Of a stretch of DNA of 64,000 nucleotides, positions 39,552 to 49,849 are shown one piece after another. A program made the translations under genes and the position numbers. Positions within the stretch are counted from its first letter, which is position 1, and each line of letters begins with the position of its first letter. The notes beneath the pieces were generated by a model, which saw only the letters and a list, made by a program, of their open reading frames with translations, did not search any database and was not told the origin of the DNA. Origin of the DNA: Pelagomonas calceolata (lineage: Eukaryota); the NCBI GenBank assembly GCA_918797485.1, contig CAKKNE010000001.1, forward strand, positions 5,518,001 to 5,582,000, in the 5' to 3' direction.

Positions 39552-40688
39552 ATGGCCCCCACCGGCCGACGGAGAGCCGCCCTCGTCCTCACAGCCCTAA
39601 CAGCCACGGCCTTCGCGCCGCCGACGATACAGCCCACAAGACGAGTCGCACTGAACGCCAAAGTTAAGACCAAGAAGAAGAAGAAGACCGCCAAATCTAC
39701 AGGAGGCTTCGGCGCCGCGCCGAAGAAGACAACGTTGACAGACGAAGAGAAGGAGGCCCGCGCGATTCGGGGCGCGGTCCGCGACGCGACAACCGCTTTA
39801 GAAGAAGTGCGGGACCAGGAGGGCGAGGCCCAGGCCTGGCTGAAGCTCGGAGCTGTGTTGGTACGGGGCGGCGAGTTCTCGGAGGCCGAGCGCGTCTTCG
39901 CGGCAGGGGCCGAGAAGTTTGATGATGAAATGCTGAGTGCCGCGGAAATGACCTACCGGGGCCACTCCTTATCCTACCATCGGGGGCCCTGTGCGGAATG
40001 GACCAACGCTGTAGAGTTCGACGAGTGGGTCGTCGGCGGGCCGGAGCAGATCGAAGATCACAGGACTGTAAGCTGGAAGCCGGAGGAGCCGCGAGCCTTC
40101 GCCTCCAAATCACCGTTAATCCCAAAGGACGAGTGCGACCGCGTGATTGCGTTGTGTGAAAAACGCGCCGAAGAAATGGGAGGCTGGCAGAAGGCGCGCC
40201 ACGCCCAGGCGGCGACGACCGACATGAACGTGAAGGACGTGCCCGAGATCCTCGAGTGGTTCAATTCGCGGCTCAAGTCGACGCTGTTCCCCATGCTCGC
40301 TTCTAGGTTCCCGGACAAAATAAAGGATGCTGCTGATATACGAGCCCACGACGCGTTCATCGTCAAATACGACATGGAGGGGCAACGTTCATTACCGCTC
40401 CACGTCGACGAGAGCGCGTTTTCCTTCACGATCGCGCTCAACGACATGAGCGACTACGAGGGCGGCGGCACGCGCTTCGAGCGGGCGCGGCGGCCCGGCT
40501 CTTCCGATCCTTGGAAGGAGGAGGTCTTGAACGCCGACGCGGGCGGCGTCGTCGCCTTCGCGGGGAAGGCGCGCCACGGCGGCATGCAGATCACGGCGGG
40601 CACGCGCTACATCATCCCGCTCTTCTGTTTCGTCGACGAGAACCGGTCCGGGAAGGCGCCGGGGTACGTGGTGGAGGGGCTGGGGTAA
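39552..40688 (+). CDS. Plastid-targeted 2-oxoglutarate/Fe(II) dioxygenase (PLOD/P4H-like) with one TPR-like motif
   Basis: ATAFAP presequence; DAFIVKY..QRSLPLHVD.S.FSFTIALN..YEGGGTRF...HGG..IT.GTRYI. Confidence 0.85.
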   Translation: MAPTGRRRAALVLTALTATAFAPPTIQPTRRVALNAKVKTKKKKKTAKSTGGFGAAPKKTTLTDEEKEARAIRGAVRDATTALEEVRDQEGEAQAWLKLGAVLVRGGEFSEAERVFAAGAEKFDDEMLSAAEMTYRGHSLSYHRGPCAEWTNAVEFDEWVVGGPEQIEDHRTVSWKPEEPRAFASKSPLIPKDECDRVIALCEKRAEEMGGWQKARHAQAATTDMNVKDVPEILEWFNSRLKSTLFPMLASRFPDKIKDAADIRAHDAFIVKYDMEGQRSLPLHVDESAFSFTIALNDMSDYEGGGTRFERARRPGSSDPWKEEVLNADAGGVVAFAGKARHGGMQITAGTRYIIPLFCFVDENRSGKAPGYVVEGLG

Positions 40689-40696
40689 GGTGGTGG

Positions 40697-41506
40697 CTAT
40701 GATTCCTTAGTCGAGGCGGGGCGCGTCGATGGCGTAGCGGCGGCTTCGGCGCGGCGGCGTTTGCGCACGGATTGCTTCCCGTGGCCGCTCGCCTTGCGCG
40801 CACGGGGCACCAGCTGCCCGTCAACGACCGGGTTCGTCCGGCGCTTCCCTTCGAGGCCCGCGCGCCGGATCGCCGCGTTGACGGCGTGCGCCGCGTCCTC
40901 CTGGGTGTCGAAGTAGCCGAGGTTGCGCTTCTTGCCGTTCGCGTCGCGGTAGCCCGCCTCCCATCGTCGCGATTCCTTGTTCCACGACACGCCCCAGAAC
41001 TTGGACGATGTCGCCGACGGCGCACGCGCCGGGTCCGGAGCGACGACGGCGGAGTCGTCTCGCCGGTTGTGCGAGCCAGGCGCTTTCGGCACTAACGCGC
41101 CCGTCGCGTCGGCCGCGTTCATGCGGCGCCTACCTTCGAGGCCGGCGTCGCGGATCGCTTTATTAACCGCGCGGGCGGCCTCCTCCTCGTCGTTGAAGCA
41201 GCCGATGGTGCGCTTCTTGTCGGCCGCGTCTCTATATTGCGCCCGCCATTTCTTGGTTTCCTCATGCCAATACACGCCCCAGAAGCGCGACGTCGTCGTC
41301 CGCGTTGTACCTTCGCCTTCGTCCGCGACAGTCGCTGGTCCATCGCGGCCCAACGCCGGAGATTCCGGCGACCAGTCTTCATCGTCGTCGTCGTGACCAG
41401 TGAGGCTCACCACCGGGCTTGAAGGAGTTGAAGTGCCATAGCCCACCTTGCCTCCGAGAATCTGGGCGTCAAGCGCGAGGAGAACGTGAATAGGCGGCGT
41501 CTCCAT
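40697..41506 (-). CDS. Protein with two AP2/ERF DNA-binding domains
   Basis: SRFWGVYWHEETKKWRAQY...IGCFNDEEEAARAVN and SKFWGVSWNKESRRWEAGY...LGYFDTQEDAAHAVN. Confidence 0.88.
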   Translation of the reverse strand: METPPIHVLLALDAQILGGKVGYGTSTPSSPVVSLTGHDDDDEDWSPESPALGRDGPATVADEGEGTTRTTTSRFWGVYWHEETKKWRAQYRDAADKKRTIGCFNDEEEAARAVNKAIRDAGLEGRRRMNAADATGALVPKAPGSHNRRDDSAVVAPDPARAPSATSSKFWGVSWNKESRRWEAGYRDANGKKRNLGYFDTQEDAAHAVNAAIRRAGLEGKRRTNPVVDGQLVPRARKASGHGKQSVRKRRRAEAAATPSTRPASTKES

Positions 41507-41586
41507 TGATTGGTGGTGCCACTGGACTCCTGACTGAAGAGCGGTCCCGACTCGGAGCGGAGAGTTTCACAAGTGCAGCTAATCGT

Positions 41587-41610
41587 GCTAGCGTCATGTA
41601 AGACACTAGC
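41587..41610 (-). promoter_or_regulatory. CTAG-bounded intergenic motif, copy 12
   Basis: Reverse complement GCTAGTGTCTTACATGACGCTAGC, between the divergent AP2 and ArsA genes. Confidence 0.65.
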
Positions 41611-41703
41611 AAGCGGCAGGCTCTGTCCTGCTCACGCGATTGAGCCGTGCACACACTGCTGGACCTTGGCATCGATTCTCATTGCTCTTGAATCTGAGGA
41701 GCC

Positions 41704-43776
41704 ATGCGCTGGTGCACGCTCATCGCTGCGGCATCAGCCTTCGCACCAGCGCCAGCACGCCGGCGCCTCGCACCACTGCGAGGCGGTCTGAGCATAGACG
41801 ACGGCGTATCCTTACTTTTCGTCGGAGGCAAGGGCGGCGTCGGCAAGACGTCCGTCTCGGCAGCCATCGCGCAGCGGTGGAGCCGCGAAGGCGGCCGCGT
41901 GCTTATCGTGTCGACGGATCCGGCCCATTCGTTGGGCGATGCGGTCCAGAAGGAACTGAAAAGCACGCCCATCAGAATCGCCGACGGTCTAGATGCCGTC
42001 GAGGTCGACGCCGACGGGGCCATGGCCGAGTGGCGGAAAGCCGTCGAGGCGTTTGATGCGGAGTCCTTCGCCGGGAGGTACGGGCCTTTAGGCGTGGAGG
42101 CCGTGCGGGCCTTGGGCGCGGACGAGTTCGTCGAACTGCTGGCGAACCCGCCGCCCGGAGTTGATGAATTAGTTGCGTTGGCTGATATTCTCAAGTATGC
42201 CAGAGACGACACTTATGATCGAGTCGTGGTGGACACGGCGCCGACGGGCCACGCGTTGCGGTTGTTAGATTTACCAGACTTCGCGGACGAGTTCGTCGAT
42301 AGGTTGTTGAGGCTGCGGGACCGGGTCGGGTCCCTGGCCTCATTAGCCGGATCGTTCGGGCTGGGTGGAGCGGTGGATAGTGTCGCTTCTGATATTGATT
42401 CGGTAGCAGGTAAGCTAGACGATTTACGAGATAAGATCTCAGCGGTACGCAGTGCATTAGCGGATGGTAGTAGAACAGAATTCCTAGCCGTGTGTCTGCC
42501 AACCAAATTAGCTTTTGCGGAGACGACGCGATTAGCGAGAGATCTAGCTCAAAACACCAGAGGCGGCGGCATCAAACTAAAAACAGTGGTGGTCAATCGC
42601 GTCGTCGATGAAGCTACGTTCGGAGACCAGCAGGTCCAGCGACTAGCGACGAGGCAACGTTTACTCTTAGATAGGTACCTCAAGAAGGAGTTACGAGGTA
42701 CGTTATGCACGGAGGCGCCCCTAGCGACGTCGGGCCAGGAGCTCGTGGGTGTGTTTGGCCTACGTTTTTTTGGAGGACCCTTGTTTTCTGATTGGACGGA
42801 TCTGTTCGCACCGTCCAAATCATCGAAACTCATTGTTTGTGGCGGCAAGGGCGGCGTCGGCAAGACTACTGTTGCGGCTTCGCTCGCGGTGGCCTTCGCT
42901 GACCAAGGCTTGAGTACCGCCATCGTTTCGACAGATCCGGCGCATTCGTTGGGAGACGCTCTGGATTTGACACTGGGCAAGGAATTGACGGAGGTGGACA
43001 CGTACGGTGCATCGGCGAAACTAGTCGCGCTGGAGGTCGACGCGGACTCTACGGCAAGAGACGCTGCCTCCGTATTAGCGTCGAACCTGGGCGAGAAATT
43101 ACGGCAGTCGGGTGCTGATTCCGGTTTAGCTGATTTAGCTGATGCGTTCGAGACGCCCCCACCGGGTCTAGATGAATTGGTGTCTTTGTTACGGGTGTTG
43201 GAGCTACTCCGTTCGAAAGAATACGATCGCGTGGTGTTGGATACGGCGCCGACCGGCCATACTTTAAGGTTGCTCGCTCTACCTGAGTTACTAGATGATT
43301 TCGCTGAAAGAGCCGCAGCAGCTAGAGATAGACTGAAGCGGAACCCCCTCGTCGGTGCTGCTTTGGCATCTCTCTCTGGAAATGTCGACGACTCCATCGA
43401 AGAAGCTCGAGATCGCGTACGAGAATTGCAAGATGACGCCTTCGCCATGGACGCGGTCCTCAAAAACGCGGACCGGTGCGAGTTCGTGATGGTCGCGGCA
43501 CCCACCGATTTGTCGCTGACGGAGACCGACGATTTGAAGAGGAGTCTGGACGAGTCCGGCGTGAAAGCGCAGCGGTTGGTGGTCAATGGTATTTTGGATG
43601 AGGCGGCCTGCAAAAACTTCGCGTCCAGCAGTCTGCAGACGCAGCGCGAGAATTTGGAGGCTTTGGATTCCTTGGCGCGGGAGCTGTCTTTGAGTATAGC
43701 GACGGCGCCGCAATTCGACGAGGACCTCGACGGGCTCGAGGGTTTGGAGGCGCTGGGGGGGGCGTTATTTAAGTAG
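41704..43776 (+). CDS. arsA: Plastid-targeted tandem (two-domain) ArsA/GET3-family ATPase
   Basis: Exact ASAFAP presequence; two copies each of GGKGGVGKT, STDPAHSLGD and DTAPTGH. Confidence 0.92.
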   Translation: MRWCTLIAAASAFAPAPARRRLAPLRGGLSIDDGVSLLFVGGKGGVGKTSVSAAIAQRWSREGGRVLIVSTDPAHSLGDAVQKELKSTPIRIADGLDAVEVDADGAMAEWRKAVEAFDAESFAGRYGPLGVEAVRALGADEFVELLANPPPGVDELVALADILKYARDDTYDRVVVDTAPTGHALRLLDLPDFADEFVDRLLRLRDRVGSLASLAGSFGLGGAVDSVASDIDSVAGKLDDLRDKISAVRSALADGSRTEFLAVCLPTKLAFAETTRLARDLAQNTRGGGIKLKTVVVNRVVDEATFGDQQVQRLATRQRLLLDRYLKKELRGTLCTEAPLATSGQELVGVFGLRFFGGPLFSDWTDLFAPSKSSKLIVCGGKGGVGKTTVAASLAVAFADQGLSTAIVSTDPAHSLGDALDLTLGKELTEVDTYGASAKLVALEVDADSTARDAASVLASNLGEKLRQSGADSGLADLADAFETPPPGLDELVSLLRVLELLRSKEYDRVVLDTAPTGHTLRLLALPELLDDFAERAAAARDRLKRNPLVGAALASLSGNVDDSIEEARDRVRELQDDAFAMDAVLKNADRCEFVMVAAPTDLSLTETDDLKRSLDESGVKAQRLVVNGILDEAACKNFASSSLQTQRENLEALDSLARELSLSIATAPQFDEDLDGLEGLEALGGALFK

Positions 43777-43786
43777 TATCTGTAGT

Positions 43787-45049
43787 TTACGCGTTTTCAA
43801 AATCGCTCGTTTCTGATATATACGAAGTGGTCGTCGCCGCCGTGTCGGCGTCCTCCTCCGAGTCGGCCGAGTACTCGTACTTACCGTCGTAATGGTACGC
43901 CAAACGGGTCTCCGGCGTGAGATCATCGATACTCCAGTCGAGCTGCTCGTCACGTACTTGCCACAGAAGGTCCCACAAGCTCTCGGTCATGACATGGTCC
44001 TCGCCATGAACGCGGATCGATGTCTCGACCAACTCCTCGAGGATCTCCAGGGCCTTGCGCAGGTCCTCGCGGTAGTCGTCATAGCCGTAGAAGTGGAAAT
44101 CGTGGAGGGTCATCGCGTACAATTCCTTCAAGTGGAATTCATCAACGTCGTCCCCGACCTTCTGCAAGTCATATAAATTGCTCAATAGCTCCTTGGCCTC
44201 GTGCAAATGCCTGTGGTGTACGAGATCCGCTGCTAGTTTCCCGGCAGCCAATAAGGTCGATCTGTGCGAATTTCCATAAAATTGTCCCTTCTCGCAATAA
44301 ATCTCGCGTGAGGTGGCGATAGCCGCATCAGTCCGGCCGAGTTTCTCGTAGCACTCTTTCAGATTATTCAGGACGTCTATGACTCCTTCTTGATTAACAG
44401 GGAACTCCGTACGAAGCTTCGCCAACTGTGACTGGTGCACGAGAAGTCCTTCTTCCCACCGCTCATCTTTCATCATACTCGTTGCGAGACGATTCAGTGC
44501 AACGCGCCCAAATACATTGTCGCAGTACGTCTTCCAGCACGCCCATCCAAGCGCGTGCGCAACGACGCCGCGGTACTCTTGCTCGCACAGGCTACACGTA
44601 GACCACCGGTCCCATCTCGCCTGATAGACCTTGTCATCCAAATTGTTCTCCACCGCCTCCGCGACCAAAATCTTCGCCTGCTCCGCCAAGCACGACACGT
44701 GGGCAAAGCCCGCCGTCCCGCGGCACGCGCACATGCGCACGAGGCCCTCATTTGTGCGCTGAAAGACGCCCTTCGTGCATATGTAGCACGTCTGACCTTT
44801 CGCGTCCTCGGCGCACTTCTCGACCGCGACCGCGACGGCCTCCTTATATTTTTTGTTGGCGTGGTATCGTTCCGCGTCGCCGCCGCGGTGTATTTTCTTA
44901 CAGATCTGCTTGTGGCCGCGGCGCCAGTGGTCCTGCTGGCAGGTGGCATCGCAATATCTGGATCGGCATCGCACGCATCGTGGCGCGTCGTGGGCCAGTG
45001 GGGCGGCGCAGGCGGCGCAGTTTGTGAGTAGGTACGCAGACGGCGCCAT
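43787..45049 (-). CDS. MYND zinc finger + RINGv-like + helical-repeat protein (paralog of 38142-39260)
   Basis: N-terminal LTNCAACAAPLAH...LGWACWKTY closely matches the paralog; the C-terminus diverges. Confidence 0.85.
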   Translation of the reverse strand: MAPSAYLLTNCAACAAPLAHDAPRCVRCRSRYCDATCQQDHWRRGHKQICKKIHRGGDAERYHANKKYKEAVAVAVEKCAEDAKGQTCYICTKGVFQRTNEGLVRMCACRGTAGFAHVSCLAEQAKILVAEAVENNLDDKVYQARWDRWSTCSLCEQEYRGVVAHALGWACWKTYCDNVFGRVALNRLATSMMKDERWEEGLLVHQSQLAKLRTEFPVNQEGVIDVLNNLKECYEKLGRTDAAIATSREIYCEKGQFYGNSHRSTLLAAGKLAADLVHHRHLHEAKELLSNLYDLQKVGDDVDEFHLKELYAMTLHDFHFYGYDDYREDLRKALEILEELVETSIRVHGEDHVMTESLWDLLWQVRDEQLDWSIDDLTPETRLAYHYDGKYEYSADSEEDADTAATTTSYISETSDFENA

Positions 45050-45163
45050 CGGTGCTACTATCTTCGCGCGCGCGATAGGTTTTGTTCGGGTGACAAAAAC
45101 GGGTTTCCAGTACGGGGTAGAGGGGCTGCTCAATAAGCGACTCTCTCTCCCACACTTACGCGC

Positions 45164-46687
45164 CTAGAACTGCGCCGACCCCGGGTACCGCGGGAAGGGG
45201 ATCGAGTCCCGGATGTTCTCGATCGCCGCGACGTAGCACACCAATCTATCGAAGCCGAGGCCGTAGCCCGCGTGCGGCACACTTCCATATTTCCGCAAGT
45301 CCAGGTACCACCAGTAGTCCTCCGGATCTAAACCAAACTCCGTCATCTTCGCGACAAGTCTATCATAAGACTCCTCGCGCTGCGAGCCGCCGACCAATTC
45401 CCCAACGCCCGGCGCGAGGAGATCAAAGGCCGCGACCGTCTGCTTGTCGTCGTTATCGCGCATGTAGAAGGACTTGATGCTCCGCGGATAGTCATACACA
45501 AAAACGCACCGCCCGCCCGCGTGCACCTCCGCGAGCCAGCGCTCGTGCTCCGTGGCGAGGTCCGTGCCGAACTCGACGTCGGGGAACTGCCACTTCTTCG
45601 GGTCCTTCGCGATTTCCTCCTGTAAGAGTGACACGGCGTCCGTGTACGATAACCGCAGGAACGGCTCGCTCCCGGAGATGGACGTCAGCCGGTCAATGAG
45701 CTCATTATTACCATAAAACTTGTCGCAGAACTCCAAATCTTTTTTACAGTCACTCAAAGCCTTCTTAATGACGAACTTCATCATCGCCTCGGCGTTGTCC
45801 ATCGCGCCGCTCGCGTCCGCGAACGCGATCTCCGGCTCGATCATCCAGAACTCCGCGAGGTGTCTTGCGGTCTGGCTGTTCTCCGCGCGGAACGTGGGCC
45901 CGAAGGTGTAGACATCGCCCAGCGCGCACGCATAAGCCTCTCCACTCAACTGTCCTGACACAGTCAGATAAGCGCTCCTCGCGAAGAAGTCGTCGGCGAA
46001 GTCGTCTTTCTCCGACGAACGCGAAAGTTCTTTCCCGTCGAGCGACGTCACGCGGAACATCTCGCCCGCGCCCTCGCAGTCCGACGTCGTGATGATGGGC
46101 GAATGCACATAATTAAAACCTTCTTCGTCGAAGAACGCGTGTACTGCTTGCGCTAGGGTGGAGCGAATCCGTGCTGCTGCCGCTAACGTGTTCGTGCGCG
46201 GTCGTAGATGTGCGATGGATCTCAAGAATTCCAAAGAGTGGCGCTTCTTTTGGAGAGGGTAGTCTGATTCACAGCCTCCGACCAACTCGAAACTCGACGC
46301 TTTCAGTTCTATTGGTTGTTTTCCTCCACCTTTCACGACCTCGCCCTCGATTGAGACCGCACAGCCCGTCCCGACGCCTTTTAAGCTAGATACTAAATCG
46401 CCCTCGAAGACGACCTGCAGCCCGCCGAACGACGAGCCGTCGTTGACTTCCAAGAAGCCCAACGCCTTCTGCGCTCGTACCGTTCTTGCCCAGCCCTTGA
46501 CCGTGACCGTCTCTCCAATAACAGAGTCGGGTGTGACTTCTACTATACTCTTCACTTTTTTGCGCGGCGGCGCGGCGGCGGACATCGTCGTGAGCGCTGC
46601 ACCGCTGCGGCGGCGTGCGGCGAACCGCAGAGCTGCGGGTCGCAGCGCTCGGCAAGTCGCCAGCATCATCACGAGGGCGCCGCGCAT
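45164..46687 (-). CDS. asnS: Asparaginyl-tRNA synthetase, organellar (bacterial-type)
   Basis: [45 protein letters not shown] and [16 protein letters not shown]-terminal presequence. Confidence 0.96.
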   Translation of the reverse strand: MRGALVMMLATCRALRPAALRFAARRRSGAALTTMSAAAPPRKKVKSIVEVTPDSVIGETVTVKGWARTVRAQKALGFLEVNDGSSFGGLQVVFEGDLVSSLKGVGTGCAVSIEGEVVKGGGKQPIELKASSFELVGGCESDYPLQKKRHSLEFLRSIAHLRPRTNTLAAAARIRSTLAQAVHAFFDEEGFNYVHSPIITTSDCEGAGEMFRVTSLDGKELSRSSEKDDFADDFFARSAYLTVSGQLSGEAYACALGDVYTFGPTFRAENSQTARHLAEFWMIEPEIAFADASGAMDNAEAMMKFVIKKALSDCKKDLEFCDKFYGNNELIDRLTSISGSEPFLRLSYTDAVSLLQEEIAKDPKKWQFPDVEFGTDLATEHERWLAEVHAGGRCVFVYDYPRSIKSFYMRDNDDKQTVAAFDLLAPGVGELVGGSQREESYDRLVAKMTEFGLDPEDYWWYLDLRKYGSVPHAGYGLGFDRLVCYVAAIENIRDSIPFPRYPGSAQF

Positions 46688-46881
46688 CAGTCAGCAGTTG
46701 CTTGCAGCCCTACTGCTACTTGCAGACGTGCACAGAGACTGCAAGTGCTTCAGCCACTACGCAGCAGGCACGAGTGCTGAGCAACTATTGCGATATCGTC
46801 CAGCGATGCGCAGCGTTAAGCCACTCCTTGTGCGAGCAGCCTGGTAGCAGTGACTGCGACTGATGCATCACAAGGGCTCGC

Positions 46882-46905
46882 TCTAGTGCCTTACCGCCCG
46901 CTAGT
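46882..46905 (+). promoter_or_regulatory. CTAG-bounded intergenic motif, copy 13
   Basis: TCTAGTGCCTTACCGCCCGCTAGT, ~195 bp upstream of asnS. Confidence 0.6.
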
Positions 46906-47182
46906 TCGGCCGGGTTTCAGCGCGCTGAAGAGCTCTATGGGCGAGGAAGAGCCCTGTGGAGAAGAGTAGTCCCGGTGCTAGGGGCGTCGGGGAGCGGTGG
47001 TCTGGTCAAGCGCGTTCGCGGTCCGCGCCGCGAGCGCAGCTGCTCACTTAACTACGCCGCCGATGAATCGGCGACGCGCGGTGTCTCCCCCGTGGGCTCC
47101 GCCCACTATACCTAGCACCGTAACAAGCGATTGGAGATCTCTACTACGAGACGAAGTCAGTTACACAGCAGGGAGGGAGCAT

Positions 47183-48217
47183 TCACTCGAACTCCAAATC
47201 CCGCAGCTCGTCGCGCCGCCAGCAGAGCCGCCCCTTCATGCCGCCCAGATCCAACGCGTCGAGCGCGGCCATCTCATCAGATGAAAGAGAAAAGTCGACC
47301 GCAATATTGGAAGCGATACGTGATTTGGACGACGACTTCGGGATCACGGCCCAGCCCTTCTGGAGGGCCCACCTGAGTAGAACGCACGCTGATGTAGAAG
47401 AGTGCGCCTTGGCCGCTTTGAGAACCGCCGGGTGGTCCAACAGAGCCGGCTGCTTCAACGCCTTCCAGTGGCCGTCCTTCGTGTCCTGGCCGCCCAACGA
47501 AGCGTAGGCTTGCAAGAGTATGCCTTCCTTCTCACACAACGCAACAACGCCCTTCTGTTGGAGGTACGGGTGCAACTCCGTCTGGTGGACCGAAGGCCGC
47601 ACTCTCAGCTGGTCCCAGTCCAGCAGCTTTCTTAGATGAGACTCGGAGAAGTTCGACACGCCGATCGCCTTACATTTACCTGCTAAATAGGCGTCCTCCA
47701 TGGCCCTCCAACTCTCAAGTCGCAGGGCAGCGATGTCCTCGTGCCCCTTCTTGTAGTAGCACTGGATGCCCTCCTTGGCGATCCTTTCCTTCGAGCGGCC
47801 CATGGCCGAGTAGCCGGGCCCCGGCCAGTGCATCAGTAGGAGGTCGACCTTGGAGCGGCCCAGTCTTTTGAGGGATTGATCTAAACATTTTTTTGTTTCA
47901 GCATAACCGTGAAATCCGCGCCACTGCTTCGTGATGACGAAGGTGGATTTGTCCTTGGATAGGGCTTTTCCTACTGCCGGTTCCGTCTTCCCGCCCCCAT
48001 AAACATGTGCGGTATCAATAAGTTTGTAGCCCACGTCCACGGCCTTGCGGACGCAGCCTCCGACCTGATCCTCCTTCAGCTTGTAGGTGCCATACCCCAG
48101 CACGGGCATGCGTAGGCCATTGTTGAGTTCGGCGGTCCAGGCCGTCGGCGGGCCATTCGTGAGGTCGGCCTTCTGAAAAGTGCTCGAGGTCTTGGCCTTC
48201 TTCTTGGTCTCGGCCAT
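47183..48217 (-). CDS. Aldo-keto reductase
   Basis: MPVLGYGT, IDTAHVY, DLLLMHWP, KAIGVSNF, QTELHPY and VIPKSS. Confidence 0.95.
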   Translation of the reverse strand: MAETKKKAKTSSTFQKADLTNGPPTAWTAELNNGLRMPVLGYGTYKLKEDQVGGCVRKAVDVGYKLIDTAHVYGGGKTEPAVGKALSKDKSTFVITKQWRGFHGYAETKKCLDQSLKRLGRSKVDLLLMHWPGPGYSAMGRSKERIAKEGIQCYYKKGHEDIAALRLESWRAMEDAYLAGKCKAIGVSNFSESHLRKLLDWDQLRVRPSVHQTELHPYLQQKGVVALCEKEGILLQAYASLGGQDTKDGHWKALKQPALLDHPAVLKAAKAHSSTSACVLLRWALQKGWAVIPKSSSKSRIASNIAVDFSLSSDEMAALDALDLGGMKGRLCWRRDELRDLEFE

Positions 48218-48351
48218 TTTGGGCGCGCGACGACTGGCGTTTTCGCTGCTGTGGCTTCGTATGGGTCAAATACACTGCAGGGAGCAGTACAGCGGTCTGT
48301 GATTGCCTGCAGCGAGCTGTGTTGCTGGCTAAAGTTTGGCGCGCGCCGCGG

Positions 48352-48375
48352 GCTAGCGGTCTGTAACACACTAGC
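48352..48375 (-). promoter_or_regulatory. CTAG-bounded intergenic motif, copy 14
   Basis: Reverse complement GCTAGTGTGTTACAGACCGCTAGC, between divergent genes. Confidence 0.65.
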
Positions 48376-48541
48376 AAGCCGCTGCGTTTTCAGCTGAATC
48401 AGCGCAAAAAAGCAACAAGCGATCGGCCCGTGCCACATTCGTGGACAGACTGACCCCTCTGAGGCCGCTGCCGGAGAAGAGCCCGTTTCAATCGGTTCCC
48501 GAGACGCACAGACCACAGAGCATTGTGACCACAGCACAACC

Positions 48542-49735
48542 ATGTCGTCCGCGGAGGCCACCCTCTGCGCACAGCTCCCACGCGACGCCCAGAAGACGCT
48601 CTATTCGATCCTGAGCAGGGTTGCTCTGCCAAGCGAGGCCGACGAGAAGTACCGCACCCTCAAGCTCGACAACGCGGCGCTCCAGCAGCGCCTCCTGAGA
48701 CACGATGGCGCCTTGGAGTTGCTGGCCTTGTGCCGCTTCGAGCTGCGCGGCCGCACGCTCGTGCTGCCGGCCGACGCCTCAGCGGACGCGATTCACCGGG
48801 CGCTCGACGCCATCACCGCAGCGGCGGCGCCGGCAGCAAGCGTACCGCCAGCGGCGCCACCAGCCGCGCCAGTGGCGACCGCGTTGACATCGCCGCCGCC
48901 GCCCCGCCGGGAGGGCGCAACGGCTGGCGCGAGCCCAGAGGAAATACAAGCGCGGGCAGAAAAACGCCGCCGCGCCGCCGAGGCGGACGCGGCGGCTCGA
49001 GCGCTCGAGCGGCGCCGCTGGGCTGCGGATTCTGCCGCGCGGCGCGACCGCCAAGCTCCCGCCGCGACTCCCACGCGAGCCGCCCCCACGCCACCGCCAC
49101 CGCCGACAAGCGACCAGCGGCGCTTCCGCGTCCGCCTCCCTGCGGCCGCCGGCGCGCCGGCCCGAGCCGTCGCCGTCGCCGTGGCACATGACGCGACGCT
49201 CGACGCGCTGCGAGAGGCGATCGCGGCGGCGGGCGTGGAGGGCGCCTTCGCGCTCGTGCGGTCGCTGCCGCACCGCGTCTTCGATGCGGAGCTCCCTGGC
49301 GCGCAGTCGCTCGCGACACTAGGGCTGGACGACGGCCTTACATTGGTAGCCATGCCGGCGGACGCGCGCGGCCGCGTCGTCCGCGGATCCGTCCTCGCGG
49401 CGCTGGGCAGCGCGCAAGGGGACGCTGCTGATGTGGATGACATGGACTACGAGGAACTCCTTGAACTCCAAGAGCGCATCGGCACGGCGACTGATGAGCG
49501 GGCGGCGGCGGCGGCGGCGCTCGAGAGTACGACGACCTTCGAGGTCTCCGAGGCCGACGTGGAGGCGCGGCGGGCGGCGGGCGGCGACGCGGCGCGCTGT
49601 GTGGTGTGCATGGAGGACATCGCCGTCGGAGATGTTCTAAGGCGCATGGCCAAGTGCCCGCACGCGTGCCACGCGCCGTGCTTGGAGCGGTGGCTGGCGA
49701 CGAACCCGAAGTGTCCCGTCTGCGGCACGGTCTGA
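48542..49735 (+). CDS. PUB + UBX-like + RING-H2 E3 ligase (putative p97/Cdc48 cofactor)
   Basis: PUB (EKYRTLKLDNAALQQRL..GALELL..CRF), UBX-like (FRVRLP..FALVRSLPHRVF..SLATLGL), and MDYEELLELQERIG + CVVC..CPHACH..CL..WL...CPVC. Confidence 0.85.
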   Translation: MSSAEATLCAQLPRDAQKTLYSILSRVALPSEADEKYRTLKLDNAALQQRLLRHDGALELLALCRFELRGRTLVLPADASADAIHRALDAITAAAAPAASVPPAAPPAAPVATALTSPPPPRREGATAGASPEEIQARAEKRRRAAEADAAARALERRRWAADSAARRDRQAPAATPTRAAPTPPPPPTSDQRRFRVRLPAAAGAPARAVAVAVAHDATLDALREAIAAAGVEGAFALVRSLPHRVFDAELPGAQSLATLGLDDGLTLVAMPADARGRVVRGSVLAALGSAQGDAADVDDMDYEELLELQERIGTATDERAAAAAALESTTTFEVSEADVEARRAAGGDAARCVVCMEDIAVGDVLRRMAKCPHACHAPCLERWLATNPKCPVCGTV

Positions 49736-49849
49736 ATGCGCGTCGCGGCGACGGCGTGTACTGTCTAAGAATCTTGTGTTCACAGTAATACTATCGTTAT
49801 CACAGATAGGCCTCCGTGTGTCGCTTCACGAGCGGCGCAGGGAGTGCGA

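Noticed and set aside
27891..43776. Bacterial origin of the window or a selD/arsA metalloid-resistance island
   Set aside because: Spliceosomal introns, plastid presequences and core eukaryotic genes are interleaved. selD and arsA are 11 kb apart with unrelated genes between them.
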